Virus record (IMG/VR): IMGVR_UViG_3300044970_002959
Span: 14,717 to 78,716 of that record
Direction: 5' to 3' (one strand)
DNA length: 64,000 bases
Source of the DNA: a virus
A program made the translations under genes and the position numbers. The notes beneath the pieces are model-generated. The model ran no database searches, was not told the DNA's origin, and saw only the letters and a list, made by a program, of their open reading frames with translations. Positions 16,876 through 27,800 of the stretch are shown here, one piece after another (position 1 is the stretch's first letter; the number at the start of each line of letters is the position of its first letter).

Positions 16876-18251
16876 GACCATCAACATATAAAAAGTTTTT
16901 TTCTGGGATTTCTAGCAACGAATTTGTTAGAGTATCAGACATAAATAATAATCACAATTATACAGGCTCTGCTTACGACATACCACGGTATGATTTTACT
17001 AATAACAACGGAGGCTGGACAACCTCTCCCACCTCGGGAACTCCTTTTGTTTGGGAACCAGGAAGATGGTATATAGTTGGAAATAACAATAAGCAGGCCA
17101 TCTTGACCAGCCCCAGCATACCACACAATACTTATAAAGTAGTAGTTGAACATAAATGGAACTTTGAAAACATACTAGACCATGGAAAACTACAGTGCTC
17201 TATAGATAATGGTGTTAATTGGGTTGAGATTCCGTCTGTCTTATTTAGCGAAGGATGGTACAATACAACGAATGGATGGAGTGGCCTACAAAATAAATAT
17301 ATCCGTAGTGAATGTCTTATAAATCTAACAGGATTGCCGATTGGCCCAGGTTTTAAAATTAGATTTGTTGGTATTTGGAATAATAGTACCTTAACACCAA
17401 ATCCCAACTGGGATATATCCTCTGTTTCTATCGAAGGATTGGGTTCTGTATCGTACACATATCAAATTACTAAATATGAGATTACAAATAACGAGTATTG
17501 CCTATTTTTAAATAGTGTTGATCCCGCAGGAACTAATCCAAATAGCATCTACACAGCAGAAATGACATCATCCGCAACAGGAGGAATACAGCTGCTACCA
17601 TCTGCCCCAAACGGCCATAAGTATATGACAAAGACAAATATGGGAAATAAACCAGTTAATTTTATTAATTGGTGGAGAGCAGCGAGATATTGCAATTGGC
17701 TATATAATGGAGGTAATAAGTATAGAAAAAGCGATAATACTAGTATAGCACCACAAAATTTTGGCGCCTACAATATCGGCACCACAACTTCGGGATCTAC
17801 TCTGTTTAGGCCCTTGAGTAGTAGGTTTAGGATACCAACACTAAATGAGTGGATAAAGGCTGGATACTACATGGGAGATGGTGAAAACTCTGGATATTGG
17901 TCGTATCCGACACAAAAAAATATCACACCAGAATGTATAAGTATTGTTACTTCTGGCGGAGATCCGATAGTGTCACCGACCCACTCTACTTTTCTATCTT
18001 TAGATGCTAGTATTATTCAGGACTTTAATTTAGAGATTCTTAGTAGTATTTATTCTGATACTATGGTTAGACCCATTCATAATCAAATCATTCTTAATTC
18101 ACAAATGTATGAAGATGTGCTTGTAGAAACAAAGGATACCGGAACGATGATTAATTCACAAATGTATGGAGATGTGCTCGTAGAACCGAAGGATACCGGA
18201 ACGATGGTTAATTCGCAAATGTATGGAGATGTGCTTGTGGTTAGTTCATAG
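16866..18251 (+). CDS. Virion adhesin-like protein: beta-sandwich domain, N-half of FGE-sulfatase (C-type lectin fold) domain, C-terminal 19-aa repeats
   Basis: TKYEITNNEYCLFLN, NKPVNFINWWRAARYCNWL, RIPTLNEWIKAGYY are FGE-sulfatase motifs; the GxxDMxGNVxEW/GFR half is absent. Confidence 0.7.
   Translation: MRLGPSTYKKFFSGISSNEFVRVSDINNNHNYTGSAYDIPRYDFTNNNGGWTTSPTSGTPFVWEPGRWYIVGNNNKQAILTSPSIPHNTYKVVVEHKWNFENILDHGKLQCSIDNGVNWVEIPSVLFSEGWYNTTNGWSGLQNKYIRSECLINLTGLPIGPGFKIRFVGIWNNSTLTPNPNWDISSVSIEGLGSVSYTYQITKYEITNNEYCLFLNSVDPAGTNPNSIYTAEMTSSATGGIQLLPSAPNGHKYMTKTNMGNKPVNFINWWRAARYCNWLYNGGNKYRKSDNTSIAPQNFGAYNIGTTTSGSTLFRPLSSRFRIPTLNEWIKAGYYMGDGENSGYWSYPTQKNITPECISIVTSGGDPIVSPTHSTFLSLDASIIQDFNLEILSSIYSDTMVRPIHNQIILNSQMYEDVLVETKDTGTMINSQMYGDVLVEPKDTGTMVNSQMYGDVLVVSS
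18096..18239 (+). repeat. 57-bp tandem repeat, ~2.5 copies (NSQMYxDVLVExKDTGTMx)
   Basis: Copies start at 18096, 18153 and 18210 with high DNA identity. Confidence 0.9.
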
Positions 18252-18276
18252 GATGCAATTGAACAAAATGAATAAT

Positions 18277-18294
18277 GGTGTAATTATAACTATA
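18277..18294 (+). promoter_or_regulatory. GGTGTA-type putative phage promoter motif
   Basis: GGTGTAATTATAACTATA in intergenic gap upstream of 18329; related motif at three other gene-upstream sites. Confidence 0.45.
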
Positions 18295-18328
18295 TCAGTC
18301 TAAATTTTTAAGTTTTAGGAGATTTAAA

Positions 18329-19519
18329 ATGGCCATTGTTTTTTATGAGGGATTCAATTATTCTACTAATGATTTGCCAAATATAGATACAACATATTGG
18401 TCATCCAGCCATCCCCTAGAAATCTCTTATGGCGAGGGAAGAACAAACAATCAAATACGCATACCGGGTCACCCATTTGCGGCGCCAGTAGAGAAAAGTA
18501 TAAGTTTATCCAATTTTATAGATCCTCTATCTACTAATAGCTGTTTTGGTCTAGGATTTAGTGCAGCAGGAATCGGTCATTCACATACCGCCTATACTGC
18601 AGCTCCACACAGAGTAAAGTACTTGACTTTTACAAATTCTGCTAATAATATTGTATTAGAAATAAATACTATAAGAACTACATATAACAATGCTGTTAGT
18701 ATCGGTCTAGAACTGGTCCAGAGTGGGACTGTGGTTGCCGTTTACGATTTTAGCAGCGTGCTTGGTCGCAGCTGGGGCTATTCACATCTCGGTAATGATC
18801 AGTATATTATTAATACCTCCATTTATTTAGAGTTTTTTATAGATCCCACAAATAGTAACACTATCCAGATTAGAGCTAGTCAAGACGGAGGAACCATACA
18901 TGGATACTTAAAAAACTTATCTGGCGATACAGTCACATCTATTACTGGATTTAGTTCATTAAAATCGATATCTTTTTATGGTAGAAGTGATTTTGCCAGT
19001 CAAATTCACTCAATTGATGACCTATATTTATCAGCCGGAAATAATATTACTGAGTGTCTTTTTGGGCCTAGTGTTAGAATATATAGATTATCACTTACTG
19101 GCAATAGTTCTACTACCGAATGGACAGCAAATAACTCAAACAGTCAGCACCTCAATCTAAACAACGCTGATGGAGATTCCAACTACATATATTCTCCAAT
19201 GAATACCCCTGGACAAACATCAATATTTGATATATCTAATATAGCATCTCCGCCAGCTGGAAATTTAGAAATAATACTAAAGCCTGTAAATATAGTTCGT
19301 AAAACCAGCATAAATAGTAATGCTAAGTTTGTCAATGTTATGACAGACGGCACAACCTCAACCGTATATGATTTAGGGCCAGAAAAAACAGTAGTATCCA
19401 ATGAATACCGTGTTATTTCTAGTTTTGTAAATTTAAATCCAGCTACATCAAATCCATGGACAATTCAGGATATTAATAATATGCAAATAGGAATTAAGAA
19501 TCTAGGCGTAGCTTCTTAG
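18329..19519 (+). CDS. Putative virion beta-sandwich (lectin-like) protein
   Basis: MAIVFYEGF start, IDDLY, C-terminal NPATSNPWT.QDINNMQIG typical of phage tail-associated proteins; AGGAG RBS. Confidence 0.55.
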   Translation: MAIVFYEGFNYSTNDLPNIDTTYWSSSHPLEISYGEGRTNNQIRIPGHPFAAPVEKSISLSNFIDPLSTNSCFGLGFSAAGIGHSHTAYTAAPHRVKYLTFTNSANNIVLEINTIRTTYNNAVSIGLELVQSGTVVAVYDFSSVLGRSWGYSHLGNDQYIINTSIYLEFFIDPTNSNTIQIRASQDGGTIHGYLKNLSGDTVTSITGFSSLKSISFYGRSDFASQIHSIDDLYLSAGNNITECLFGPSVRIYRLSLTGNSSTTEWTANNSNSQHLNLNNADGDSNYIYSPMNTPGQTSIFDISNIASPPAGNLEIILKPVNIVRKTSINSNAKFVNVMTDGTTSTVYDLGPEKTVVSNEYRVISSFVNLNPATSNPWTIQDINNMQIGIKNLGVAS

Positions 19520-19551
19520 AAAGATACTAAAAGATATTTAAAAGGATTATC

Positions 19552-22500
19552 ATGGTCTCCCCAGCAGGAACTAACACAGCAAACTTCAATAATTGCGCAA
19601 ACTGGAATAACCAGAGTGGTAATCTTACAACAGTAGGATTAAATGGGGGTCCTAGTGCTTACGGAACATACGATCAGGCCGGTAGTGTAGCGGAGTGGAC
19701 TTCCGATGGATGGTTATTGGGAGGGTCTTACTCTTCTTCTGTTAATGAATTGGGGCTGCCTTCTGGACTACTCAGAGGTTCCCTTGGCGATAGTAGTAGT
19801 ACTTCTGGATTTAGGATTACTGGTGAAGACCATACGCACATCAATGTTTCTTTTGATGGTCCTGATTTTTATATACCCTCACAGCAACTAAACCACTCCT
19901 TTACCATTATTAATGACGAGCAATTTACGATCAGTATGGATATAGACTGTCCTCTCGATAGTAAGATTACAACAAATTCTTGGAGTGTTTCTTATGGTCC
20001 TGGCTCATCAGGAATAGTTTCAGGAACAGGAAATCCATCCGGACTTATATCGCTAGGACCACTATCAACTGCTACGTTTAATATGATATCAAATACAGAT
20101 AGTTTAGCAAAAACATCTATAGTTATAGCGGCGAGCCTGTCACTAACGACACAAACAGCCCCACTGATAAATTCTATTTTTTATAACACAATACCCGTAT
20201 CTTTTCAGAAAAGCCCCGTCCCGTCTCTTTATAGTATTTTAGTGGATGGTTCTGGATGGAATCCTGTTGCGCCCAATGAATTTCTTTTGATAGATGATGC
20301 AAATAACGCCCCAACAGCTTCTGGAAAGGGTTCTGTCGGGTATAATTATTTGATGACAAAATATGAAATCACGAATTTAGAATATTGTAAGTTTTTGAAT
20401 TCAATAGATCCTCAGGGAATACAACCCAATGGATTATGGGATTCTTATAATAGAGAGTATTATGATTACCTTATGCTGGGCGGTATACTATATAATTCTT
20501 TTGCAAGTAATGGGTCGAAATATACCACTAGAGCAGAGATGTCGAACAAGCCGGTTAATCTCGTGAGTTGGTGGGCAGCAGCCAGATATTGTAATTGGCT
20601 TCATAATGGAGGCATTGCTTATTCAACTACACAGACCGGTAATACAGCGCCTCAAAATTCGGGAGCGTATACTCTTGGAGAAAACACAACCGGAGCTATG
20701 CCTCTACCAAATGCAGGAGCTAAATATCGTATACCAACAAGTAATGAATGGATAAAAGCAGCATACTACTTAAGAGGTAGCACCAGCGCCGGATACTCAA
20801 CTTTTGCTACGAGAAGTTCTACTGCTCCTTCTGGCGTATCCGCTAATGAGGCCGGAGACGGGGTTTCAACCATATATAATAATTCTGTCAATTGTTTCAA
20901 CCAGGCCATCTGGAACCCAGAAGGCTATAACGAATGGTGGCACGGTCAACAACCAAGACCAACTACTGTTGGTACCAATGGAACACCATCGTCATATGGG
21001 TTGTTCGACATGAACGGCAACGTAGAGGAAATAACAGAAGGATCAGATAGAAACTATTTTTATCCCAGAGGACGAGCATACGATTCCACTTCCCTAACTG
21101 GTATTAACACAGACAACCTGCCTGAGTCTGGCATCGCTTTGGAAACTCATGCGGTTTCATGGAATACGGGATTTCGTATTATTTCTTTGTTCGAAGGAGA
21201 TATTACGGTTTCGTCGTCAGTTAGTGATGCTTATTATACACAAAATAAAGAAATAACAGTATCTCTAATTCTTAATAATCAGTCAATTTATAATATAGAT
21301 TACGCTACCCTAGACATGAATATATCTGGGCCAGAATTTGAATCAATAGATTGGTTAGCTACATACCCTTCAACATCGTCTGGTCCTATAAGGGGCCACT
21401 CTTCTTTTACTAGCAATATGAGTATAGGAGCAGGAGACTCTATAACTTTTATAGTTAAGCTAGTAACAAAAAACAATACCGTAGCTCCAATACTGCTTAG
21501 CGCCTTAGTAACTCCTCCGGAGCTATTTTCCGACATAAATCTCACTAATAATATCACTACGATAACAATACCTCCGAAACCAACCGATGTAAGTATTTCT
21601 ATTAGTGGTCCGCCATTCTACGAGCAGTCCGAACCTGCAAATTATAATTTAGTAATAAATAATATCGGAGATTCCTATATCGAGGATGCTACAGTTCTAT
21701 TTTCTTATTCTGGTGGTATTATTGCCGCATTAGACTGGAGTGCTTCCCATAATCTATCTATCGGTGAAATGTCTGGAGCAAATATTCTTTATACAAACAT
21801 AGCTCTTTTACCCAGCGGACAAACAACATACAATATACAACTAACTCCGTCCGCTACAACCATAAATAATATTCTTTTGTCTGCTAGTATTGTAGCTCCG
21901 TCGTCACTACCAGATCCCAACCTATCAAATAATATCGTTTCATTATCAACTCCAGTTAAGCCAACAGATCTAGGGATTAATATAACAAGCCTAGGAGAGT
22001 ATTATACACAAAATATTATTTTTCCTATTATAGTGCAAATTACTAATACTGGCCAATACAGCCCAGATACGATTTTCAATATTGCATTTAGTGGTAGTTC
22101 TAATGACACTGCCATAAGCTGGACCGCAATATATAGCTCTGGAAGCTCTGGACCTATGTCTGGTGTTGGTAATCCATCTAATAGCGGCATAAATTTAGCT
22201 AATGGTGGATCTTGTGAGCTGAACATATCATATATTCCTGGTGTCAATTCATTAGTTCCGATACAAGTTATAGCGAGTGTTGGCAGTAAAAGCCCACTAA
22301 TAGACAATAATATAAATAATAATACTAGTTTATCTTCTTTAGTCTTTTTATCTCCTACTGATATCAGTATATCTGGTTCTTTAGGATCAAGACCATATTA
22401 TATAAATAATGAATATATAGACTATTCATTTACTGTTACTAATAATGGACCTAATGCCATTTCCGACATAAGCGTATCTATTCCTTCCTCATCAGGATTA

Positions 22501-24816
22501 ATTTCTACAAAATGGACAGCAGCATACACTAATGGTAGCGGACCAGGATTTGGTTCTGGCGATATAAATAGCTATATTTATCTTGCTTCTGGAGGATCTG
22601 CAAAATATACGATTGATGGTACAGCAGCTCCTGGCATGACTTCCCCAATTCTTTCCACAGGAACAGTGTCTTTGCCAAACATTAGCGGCTTAATGGATCC
22701 CGACGAATCCAATAATATCTCTACTGTATCCGTCCCGCGAGCATTATCTATAGGCAATGTTTTGTATTCTCAAAGTACCTGCGACGACGATGGTTATATT
22801 ACGATTAATCTTAATGATGGCGTTCCTCCTTTTAGATATACTATAGGGTCTGTGTTCGCCAACTCTTCAGAAAGAACATATAAATTTACAGGATTAAAAT
22901 CAGGTACATATAATATTGTTGTCATAGACTCAACCAGCTATACTTCTTCTTATTCAGAGGAGATAGTTATAGAGGACTCGACCATATCTTTATCCATAAA
23001 TAACGCCCTACCTCCTGTGCTACTTGATTCTTTCGGCAAGTTAGACTTTACTATAAGTGGAGATGGTCCATTCAGTCTAGTATTCAGTAATACAACAAAT
23101 GAAGAAACTATAGAGATACCAGCATTTGAAACCAAATACTTGGTGGATATCACAGGGAATAAATATAACTATATTATAGATGATAAAATAACACCTGGCA
23201 CCTATTCTCTTATGATTATTGGCAGTAATAATTGCAGGCTCTTAGAAACCTTTATTATGCCAAACATAACGCCAATGTCTGTTTCTGTATCGTCATCTCC
23301 AGACGAGCCAATCATAATAAATTCTCCACTAATATCATTAGATATTTTTGATACATTGCTGGTGCCATACAAGCATATCTTGCATAATTCTGATCTTTGG
23401 TCTCTAATCAAAGAATTTAATATTAAAGACAATATTTATTTATGGATAAATAATGATAGATATGAATTTAGGGTCGTCAGAACAATGCTCGATAAATATT
23501 GCTTAAATGAAAATAAAATAGAGATACTTAAACTAGGTAACTCATATGAAGACTGGTATTTTTATCTTTATATAGCTCCATCTATTAATTTAAGTTCTAA
23601 TCCTGAGCTTATCAACGCAAAGATAAGACTTGGTACGGCAGACGAAACACAAATGTATGACATTGTGTTAGGACTATCAGAAGACGGCAGACTTGAGCAG
23701 GAGGCTCCTAGCTTAATTAAGGGCAGTATTATTGTAGACGGAGTATCTTTTCCTGATATTGTGAATGGATCGTCCGCAAATATTTCTATTGGAGTTAATG
23801 AATTAGGCTTAGGATCAAACGACTATGAATTGCTCAATATTAAAAAAACACAATTTTCTAGAATGTATTCAGCCGGAGCTGTTACAGCAATTAATTTCTT
23901 AGAAAATTTTAATGTTCTTAATGAATATGTGGGGCTTTCTCAGACATCTTGTAATACTAATGAAACAGATTATCAATATTTAATAAGAATCAAAAATCTA
24001 TTAATTACTATTAATAACTTTAATAACCTAAATACTATTTATTTATTTAATAATAATAACATTATTCATACTGGTCAGATCAATTGCTTTCCCAGCATAC
24101 ACAGTCCAATGATAACAGATAAAGGATCGATAGATAATAACTTTAATATTCAGTACTTTACATTTAATATTAACGATAAACATATACATAAATTTATTAG
24201 CAATAATAAAAAAGTAGAAAACGTCACCGTAATGAATGGCCTAGACTCAAGATATGTTATTGCTAGAACTACCGATAATTATGGAAATATTCCTAAATCA
24301 ATAGTTTATGATAATATCATAGTGTCATACGATTCCCATTTTATAAAGAGTAAACAAATAATTCAAAATATTAATGCAGATATACTGCATGATTTTACTT
24401 ATGGAGACATCCTGATATTTGTACCAACACCAGAAGAGAATGATTTGCCGAACCCGAACCCAACACCACCAGTAATACCAGTGACGCCGACAACCCCTGT
24501 TATTACAATACCAACAGTAGAAGTTACTAAAGATGTTACTAACACAAGTTCTTTAACTGTAAATATTTTCCCACTAAATACAAAGTGCATCATATATGGG
24601 CCACACCAATATATGCATACTTTTAGCGGAAATACAAAATTTACTAATATTATTCCTGGTATTTATAGGATTATTGGGGAGCCCACAGATATAAAAAATA
24701 AAAACTTATACCAGAATGAATATAGAATTATAATAAATAAGAATACAGCGGTATCTCAAAATGTCGAATTTTTCTCATATGCTAACATGATTTTTATAAG
24801 TAAAGAGGACCACTAA
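19552..24816 (+). CDS. Large adhesin-like virion protein: FGE-sulfatase domain(s), several DUF11-like Ig repeats, SprB-like repeats
   Basis: YGTYDQAGSVAEW..GFRI and YGLFDMNGNVEE..GFRI; repeated TDxSI..YxxxVTNNGP..DPxxSNN; GVPPFRY..FTGLKSGTY. Confidence 0.75.
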   Translation: MVSPAGTNTANFNNCANWNNQSGNLTTVGLNGGPSAYGTYDQAGSVAEWTSDGWLLGGSYSSSVNELGLPSGLLRGSLGDSSSTSGFRITGEDHTHINVSFDGPDFYIPSQQLNHSFTIINDEQFTISMDIDCPLDSKITTNSWSVSYGPGSSGIVSGTGNPSGLISLGPLSTATFNMISNTDSLAKTSIVIAASLSLTTQTAPLINSIFYNTIPVSFQKSPVPSLYSILVDGSGWNPVAPNEFLLIDDANNAPTASGKGSVGYNYLMTKYEITNLEYCKFLNSIDPQGIQPNGLWDSYNREYYDYLMLGGILYNSFASNGSKYTTRAEMSNKPVNLVSWWAAARYCNWLHNGGIAYSTTQTGNTAPQNSGAYTLGENTTGAMPLPNAGAKYRIPTSNEWIKAAYYLRGSTSAGYSTFATRSSTAPSGVSANEAGDGVSTIYNNSVNCFNQAIWNPEGYNEWWHGQQPRPTTVGTNGTPSSYGLFDMNGNVEEITEGSDRNYFYPRGRAYDSTSLTGINTDNLPESGIALETHAVSWNTGFRIISLFEGDITVSSSVSDAYYTQNKEITVSLILNNQSIYNIDYATLDMNISGPEFESIDWLATYPSTSSGPIRGHSSFTSNMSIGAGDSITFIVKLVTKNNTVAPILLSALVTPPELFSDINLTNNITTITIPPKPTDVSISISGPPFYEQSEPANYNLVINNIGDSYIEDATVLFSYSGGIIAALDWSASHNLSIGEMSGANILYTNIALLPSGQTTYNIQLTPSATTINNILLSASIVAPSSLPDPNLSNNIVSLSTPVKPTDLGINITSLGEYYTQNIIFPIIVQITNTGQYSPDTIFNIAFSGSSNDTAISWTAIYSSGSSGPMSGVGNPSNSGINLANGGSCELNISYIPGVNSLVPIQVIASVGSKSPLIDNNINNNTSLSSLVFLSPTDISISGSLGSRPYYINNEYIDYSFTVTNNGPNAISDISVSIPSSSGLISTKWTAAYTNGSGPGFGSGDINSYIYLASGGSAKYTIDGTAAPGMTSPILSTGTVSLPNISGLMDPDESNNISTVSVPRALSIGNVLYSQSTCDDDGYITINLNDGVPPFRYTIGSVFANSSERTYKFTGLKSGTYNIVVIDSTSYTSSYSEEIVIEDSTISLSINNALPPVLLDSFGKLDFTISGDGPFSLVFSNTTNEETIEIPAFETKYLVDITGNKYNYIIDDKITPGTYSLMIIGSNNCRLLETFIMPNITPMSVSVSSSPDEPIIINSPLISLDIFDTLLVPYKHILHNSDLWSLIKEFNIKDNIYLWINNDRYEFRVVRTMLDKYCLNENKIEILKLGNSYEDWYFYLYIAPSINLSSNPELINAKIRLGTADETQMYDIVLGLSEDGRLEQEAPSLIKGSIIVDGVSFPDIVNGSSANISIGVNELGLGSNDYELLNIKKTQFSRMYSAGAVTAINFLENFNVLNEYVGLSQTSCNTNETDYQYLIRIKNLLITINNFNNLNTIYLFNNNNIIHTGQINCFPSIHSPMITDKGSIDNNFNIQYFTFNINDKHIHKFISNNKKVENVTVMNGLDSRYVIARTTDNYGNIPKSIVYDNIIVSYDSHFIKSKQIIQNINADILHDFTYGDILIFVPTPEENDLPNPNPTPPVIPVTPTTPVITIPTVEVTKDVTNTSSLTVNIFPLNTKCIIYGPHQYMHTFSGNTKFTNIIPGIYRIIGEPTDIKNKNLYQNEYRIIINKNTAVSQNVEFFSYANMIFISKEDH

Positions 24817-24818
24817 TT

Positions 24819-27800
24819 ATGCCAACTTCTTGCTCCAATGTAGGAATGCCCGCTTCTCTTCGTTATGCTAATGGTGGTGGCCCTGTTATAGATGGGGATG
24901 TCAAGTTAAGTAATTTTAGCTTGGTTATTGGCATAGGATCTTCTTCTTCTAATTTAGATTTAGAGATGGTATATAATAATTGTGGTGGTGCTGGTGGCGT
25001 TCAGCTACCGCCAATAGGTAGTGCTGTTAGATTTCAGTGCGGAGCACTATATTTTGGAGGTATTGTAAATAGCTGTACATATTCACAAAATAGTAATGGT
25101 ATCTCTTATAAATTTAAAATAATCGACCCACGCAAAGTTTTGGAGATGGTATCAGTGATGCTAAAGGATTACTATTGCGCCTTGAATGCCCCAAACTTTA
25201 TAAATGCTATGTACTATATGGAACAGGGGGTTGGGGTTTGTCCTAATCCTGGGAGCGATACCGAAAACTGGCCTAGACTTGGTGGCTGCGGTTCTTTTGG
25301 AAGATCTGGCGGACCAAGTTCTACTTACTTGAAAATGGCCCTAATGGCTGTGCAGACTAGTAATGCACCCATATATACCACATCGGGTGATATGTTAAGA
25401 CTAAACATCAGCAGTGTTGTGGCTGCTTGTCCACAGTATGCAACAGTCAGTGGAAGTAGCTCATCACTACTAGGTCTTATTACTCAAGCGTGTGACGAAG
25501 GTGCGTGTGACTTCACCGTAACTTTGGAAGGAAATGCTATAACAGTTTGGACAATAAAGAGATTTGAACAACCCCCTACAAAAGTTATAGAGAATATTAT
25601 ATCGGCAGCCCAATCAACCGGAACGCTCATTAGCTCGGAAATAGGATTTGAGGAAATGTATGGGTCCGCAAATAAGGTTGTACTAGGAGAGAAGGTCAGC
25701 TATATGACAACGGCCCAAACGCGAGGTCGTGCGTCCATGATGCTAGGATACGATTCTAGTGGTCAGCCAGTTAGGGTTTATGGGGCTAATTTTACAGCAA
25801 ATATTGATATCTCCGGATTATCTGAAAGCATGAGATCTCTGGCCGGTGTAGGACTACCAAATATGTTTCCAATCACAGAAGAAGAAATATTGTGTTCTGG
25901 TTCGGTTGAATTATGGAAGCTTTATGGAACTATTAAGCCAGGAAGTTTGGCTGGATATCTACTAAGAGCTCTTGGTATTCAACAAAAAATGCGTCCAGTG
26001 TATGATGCTTTTATGAGACTAATGAGCGGTGGCGATCAAGCCGCTTCCAATCTAAATACTGTTAATAGATCTCCAAGATTTGCGGCAAAAGAGCCAAAAG
26101 TGGTACTTTTTGAATTGGCTCATAAGTGGCTAACAGACTGGGCAGCAGATTGGTATGGGAAAAAATGGCTAATACCTATTAATTCATTTTGTGTGTCTCC
26201 TCTTCCAATGACCAGTGTTATTTCTGATGGCGGCCCATACTATATGTCTGATGCTCCAACAGACGCTGGATGGCCGACTAATGCTAATTTATTGGGTTTA
26301 TCATATGGCTCGGATACATCAATATTTGAGTCCTCCGACGGAAAATTGTGTGGGTTTGTTGTGTTACCATTATCAGAGTCTATATCACGCAATATTTATG
26401 GCAAGAGTATTGATTTCGTTTTATCTCCCGATGGTCTTAGTGGTGACTATTTATTAAAAAATAATAGAGCATACATAAAAGTAAATACAGATGGTCCTGT
26501 ATTTAGAAACGGAAACACTGCTGAGGTGCTTATTACTTCACCATTTATGGGTATGACAGCTAAACTTAATGAAAATCTCTTATCTTTTGGCCTGACTGCT
26601 CTAGCGTGTTTGATGCAGGATGCGAGCGTTTTGAAGCAAATGGAGACAAGACAATCTGGTTACGCAGATATTACCAGCTCAAATATTTATAAAATGGGGA
26701 TGGCTTCTGCGGGATTTGATTTTGCTACTATCCCTATGAAAAGTAATGTATATGTTTATGGACCATGGACTGGCGGTGCTGGAGCCATTGGTGGTACCGA
26801 GGTAATATCTACAGACTTAAGTCCATGGAACTATGGAACATATGAGGCTATGGAAAGAGTCGGATCAACACTAGCATCAACAGGCTTTAGGAACTCGAAC
26901 ATAACAGAAACCGGAAGCATGACTGTCGCAGAACCACCCGGCTATAGCATACAGTATTTTTTGGGATTTGGTGTGCTAATAAATAGCATTAACGTAAACT
27001 ATAATAGTGGTGGCGCTACAACCAACTATAATTTTCAAACATATAGTGCTAAATTTGGGCAGTATGGTAAGGCATTAGCAGATAGTGTTAAGCAGTCGGT
27101 TAAAGCTAGAAACGAGATATTCTCATTTGTTAAAGAACAAAGAAGAAGAACTATTGCACTAACTAATACTATGAGAAGTAGCTTTAGTAGAGCTACTAGT
27201 ATCAATACTTTTCGTACTGAATATAGATCGAGTATTAACAGCGCCTCTCCAGGAAATGTTTTGGTCGGAGGATACCACGACCCTTCCGCGCAAAGAAAGG
27301 TGATAGAGATAGGTCTAAATTCTAAGAAAGAATACGAAACCGCTGTCGAGGGGGCCGGTTTTCAAAATATGGCTATTATGTCATTGGATGGATTATTTAT
27401 GCCAGTATCCATAAAAGGAAGAAATAACTATCTTCCTAGATATATGGCTAATTTTAAATATGAAAAGGGTAATAAGTCTAGAAAAACTAGACCATCCATG
27501 CCTCCATTAAATGGAGACCAAGACAATACATCAAAAGCTTTTCCCATCAATCAAACATATCTGAATCCCATTCTGAGTTCCAGTATGTTTAGCGAATGGA
27601 CAGACGGAAGAGGCAGATCGTCCAGCACCACCATACAGGCTCTTGGTTTTGGAACAAACTCTCCGTCGCAAGACTTATACGGACCAATAGATAGTAAATA
27701 TGATAGTCAAACAGATTTTGGTTTCTATGCCTTAAGAGGCCCTCTAGTGCTACAGTCTTGGGGATATGATACAGAAAATAAACCGATACCGAATGCCGTA

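Noticed and set aside
18096-18239. CRISPR-like array
   Set aside because: Repeats are contiguous, in frame and have no unique spacers
16866-21200. Diversity-generating retroelement targeting the C-type-lectin-fold (FGE) domains
   Set aside because: No reverse transcriptase in the window; the paralogous segments differ at all base types rather than only at adenines; no TR/VR pair seen, though one could lie outside the window
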